Positions 61,346 through 64,000 of a stretch of DNA of 64,000 nt are shown here, in pieces; the stretch's first letter is position 1; each line of letters opens with the position of its first letter. Both the position numbers and the translations under genes were made by a program. The stretch is from Callorhinchus milii (Eukaryota), in contig NW_024704750.1 of the NCBI RefSeq assembly GCF_018977255.1, positions 8,122,001 to 8,186,000 of the forward strand, in the 5' to 3' direction. The notes below the pieces were generated by a model that did no database searches, had not been told where the DNA came from, and was given only the letters and a program-made list of their open reading frames with translations.

Positions 61346-64000
61346 TATTATAGCAATAGTATGTGCATTTTTTTTTACTAATGGTGTATGCAGTGTGTTT
61401 CCACTCTTTCTGTATTATGCTTAGCTTCTGTCAATTTCAATCTGTTTTATATTGTGGAATTAACTTACAAACCAATCTATTTTTTAAAAATGATATCTGT
61501 TCTTGTATTCATATTTACAGATAATCACTTATTTTCAGCAAATTTATGAATTCTCACTTTTGGAAGTGATAATTAGTTATAACATGATTCAGTCACTTTG
61601 GCTGAGGCCAACGACCTTTCTGCAGACTGCGTGCTGGGATTTTATCATTGTGCCTGTATCATGTTGGAGCTGGAAATATTTTTTTTAATTGCTTGAAACA
61701 AGTAGCTGTCTTTCTTGATTGCCATCTTATTCAAATTTCAAGTTTGACAATGAAACACAATGACCAAGCTTCAGATTCTTGTACCCCTGGATTTATTCAA
61801 GAGTACAAGAATCTCTTGGAATTTATTCAGGAATAGTAGGAGTTGGATTGCCTAAAGTTTTAGGCTTCATATTGTGAGCTTGGCCAGGGTGATGGTCCTG
61901 ATTGGGTAACTCATGTGAACACTTTTTTAAAGATGGAAGTTCCTTTAAAAGTGTCTCTTACAACATGAAATTTACATGATTTAGAGCTTGATTTAGAGCT
62001 TTATTCTGAATAATGTTAGGGAAAATATTTTTTAAATGTTGGTCTGGACTGCTTTTGAACATAGTCACTTATTAATTCGAGTCCGAAATGACATAGCAGC
62101 TTGTAGGCTAAACCTGTTGAGGTGGTAAAATTATAATGATCTAGTGAGTGTGCTTTAGATTGTGCTTATAGTGTACCCACATTTAGAAGAATAGCAATGT
62201 CATATGTCCAGCATTTGTTACTCAGAGTGTTTATATAGTGTTGAGTGATCTAAACGCCAAAGAATGTGGCTAACCAGTGTCATTTGGGATCTTCAGCACT
62301 GCTACGGAAACTTCACATTCTTCAGACTAACTTGTGGTTTGCCAGCACATTCCAGAATCATGAGGTATAATTAATTTTGGAAGTGAGTACAGTGATCTGT
62401 ACCTCACTAGTGAAGTTCAGGAAAAAATATTCATTGGGGCTAACTGTACAGCTCATTTTGATATTTCCACTATAAAAGTTTGAATGGAATTTTCAGCTTT
62501 TTTTTAAAAAAAAGTTTGTAAAGTTTTCAGGAATCGTACAAATCCAGTGAAAGGAGCTTTAAAAGTTGACTTGATCCTTCCCTGCCTTTGCCAGGGCTGC
62601 TGTTTTCGAATCAGGTCTCCAAATACTGTATTTTAGTATTTAGTATTAGAATTGTTGGGGGGGGGCTTCTTAATGGGGTGCACTTGAAAATACAATAACA
62701 AGTTTTAGTTATGCAAATTTTAGCCCTTTAAGTACTACTAAAATAACGAGCTTTGAAGGCACTCGGTTCCTGTGCCGCCAGCATTATTGTTTCTCCACTC
62801 ACCTTTGGCTGATGAATATCAACCTGAAAATTGCATCAAAGTTTGACTTCAACGCTTTAAGGAGGAACGTCCATTTTAAAACACCATATTTCAATGGAGG
62901 CTCTAAATAAAACCAAGGCAAACAATTTTCTGGACAATATTGCCAAATTAGTTGAGTTCAAATGACTGTACGAATTGATTGTGGTATCGGAGCTCAGAAA
63001 CTCAATTTTTAATGTGATATTCCGCTTTTGGGTTGTATTTCTCAAACTGGGCACACTGATTGGAAGAATCAGGTTTACAAAAGATCACTTGAAACTTATA
63101 AACCAAAATGCAGACACTAAGTGTTAATCGTGTTCCCATTGAGTACTGAATGCCTTTAAATATAAATAGAGCAGCATTCGACAGGTTCAATTTTTTCAGA
63201 TAAAGCTGGAACAATGTGTGCTGCTTGATTGGATAGAAATCTTTAAATGGTTCAGGAGAAGGAATAACAGACCCAATTCCTGGCTGCAATGTTTTGTACT
63301 TTGCTTTTCTGTTCATACCCTGTTGTACAAATCCACATTTTAAAAAGAAACACTAAAACAAATTCATAAAAACTTCAAATCATTTATAGCCTTATTTAAT
63401 GTCCCAATAAGGACATCATCAGAGCTAAGAGTGATTCCTTGAAGAAGTATATTGTCACTGTGCCAATCTGATGGGAGAGTTCTTTATAATGACAGTGTAT
63501 TGATGAATGCAAAAAGTAATCTGAATGTATGGGCTGATATGTCAACAGCTGCATAGTCATAGGCTTAAAGTCGCTGGCAATATGAAACTTATTAATATGA
63601 ACAATCATACTAAATACTCCTAAGTATAAATGGACTAAACAAACAATGAAAGCTATCCTAGCTCGAATTGTACCCTGAGAACCAGTCCCCAGAGGTGGCT
63701 CAGGGACACATGAGCTGTAAAACTAAACCACGCTACTCTTGTGGCAGCAAATTTAGTGTTCAAGTATTCTCACTCAGTCCACAAACTAGTCCACAAGAAG
63801 GATTTTTTTGCCATCTTGAAATCCCACTGAATAATAGTGATTGATGCGTATCATCAAAAAATGGGGGGGGAAATTGTTCAGCTTTATTGTTGGGACACCC
63901 ATAGAATTATCAAAATTACTGTACTTCATTTCAAAAGGTCCAAAACCATCACGCAATTATTTTCATTCTATTGGTTGTATTAAAACATTAATACAGGACT

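Noticed and set aside
53810-64000. Further SAMD4A exons or nested genes
   Set aside because: No Smaug-like peptide or credible exon found; consistent with a long intron

Overview
Vertebrate genomic DNA, most likely a cartilaginous fish, possibly a chimaera such as Callorhinchus (inferred from tRNA-headed Deu-domain SINEs, L2/CR1 relics and compact introns). It holds the gene block syntenic with human 14q22, in the same order and orientation: CDKN3 (+, 8 coding exons, 214 aa), CNIH1 (-, 5 exons, 144 aa), GMFB (-, 7 exons, 142 aa), CGRRF1 (+, 6 exons, 361 aa) and the start of SAMD4A (+, first coding exon, then a long intron running off the window). All exon models were assembled by hand and are phase-consistent. 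The first ~12 kb is gene-free with enhancer-like and CTCF-like motifs. Points of note: an AT-AC U12 intron in GMFB containing a 35-nt element complementary to both its own 5' splice site and branch point; a GT-AG U12 intron in CGRRF1; a His-to-Gln change in the CDKN3 phosphatase signature; an acidic CGRRF1 tail with two LIR-like motifs; an unusually divergent GMFB; an orphan exon-like segment between GMFB and CGRRF1; SAMD4A uORFs; and large G-rich minisatellites at two promoters. Comparisons with human proteins and repeat consensuses are from memory, not from database searches.
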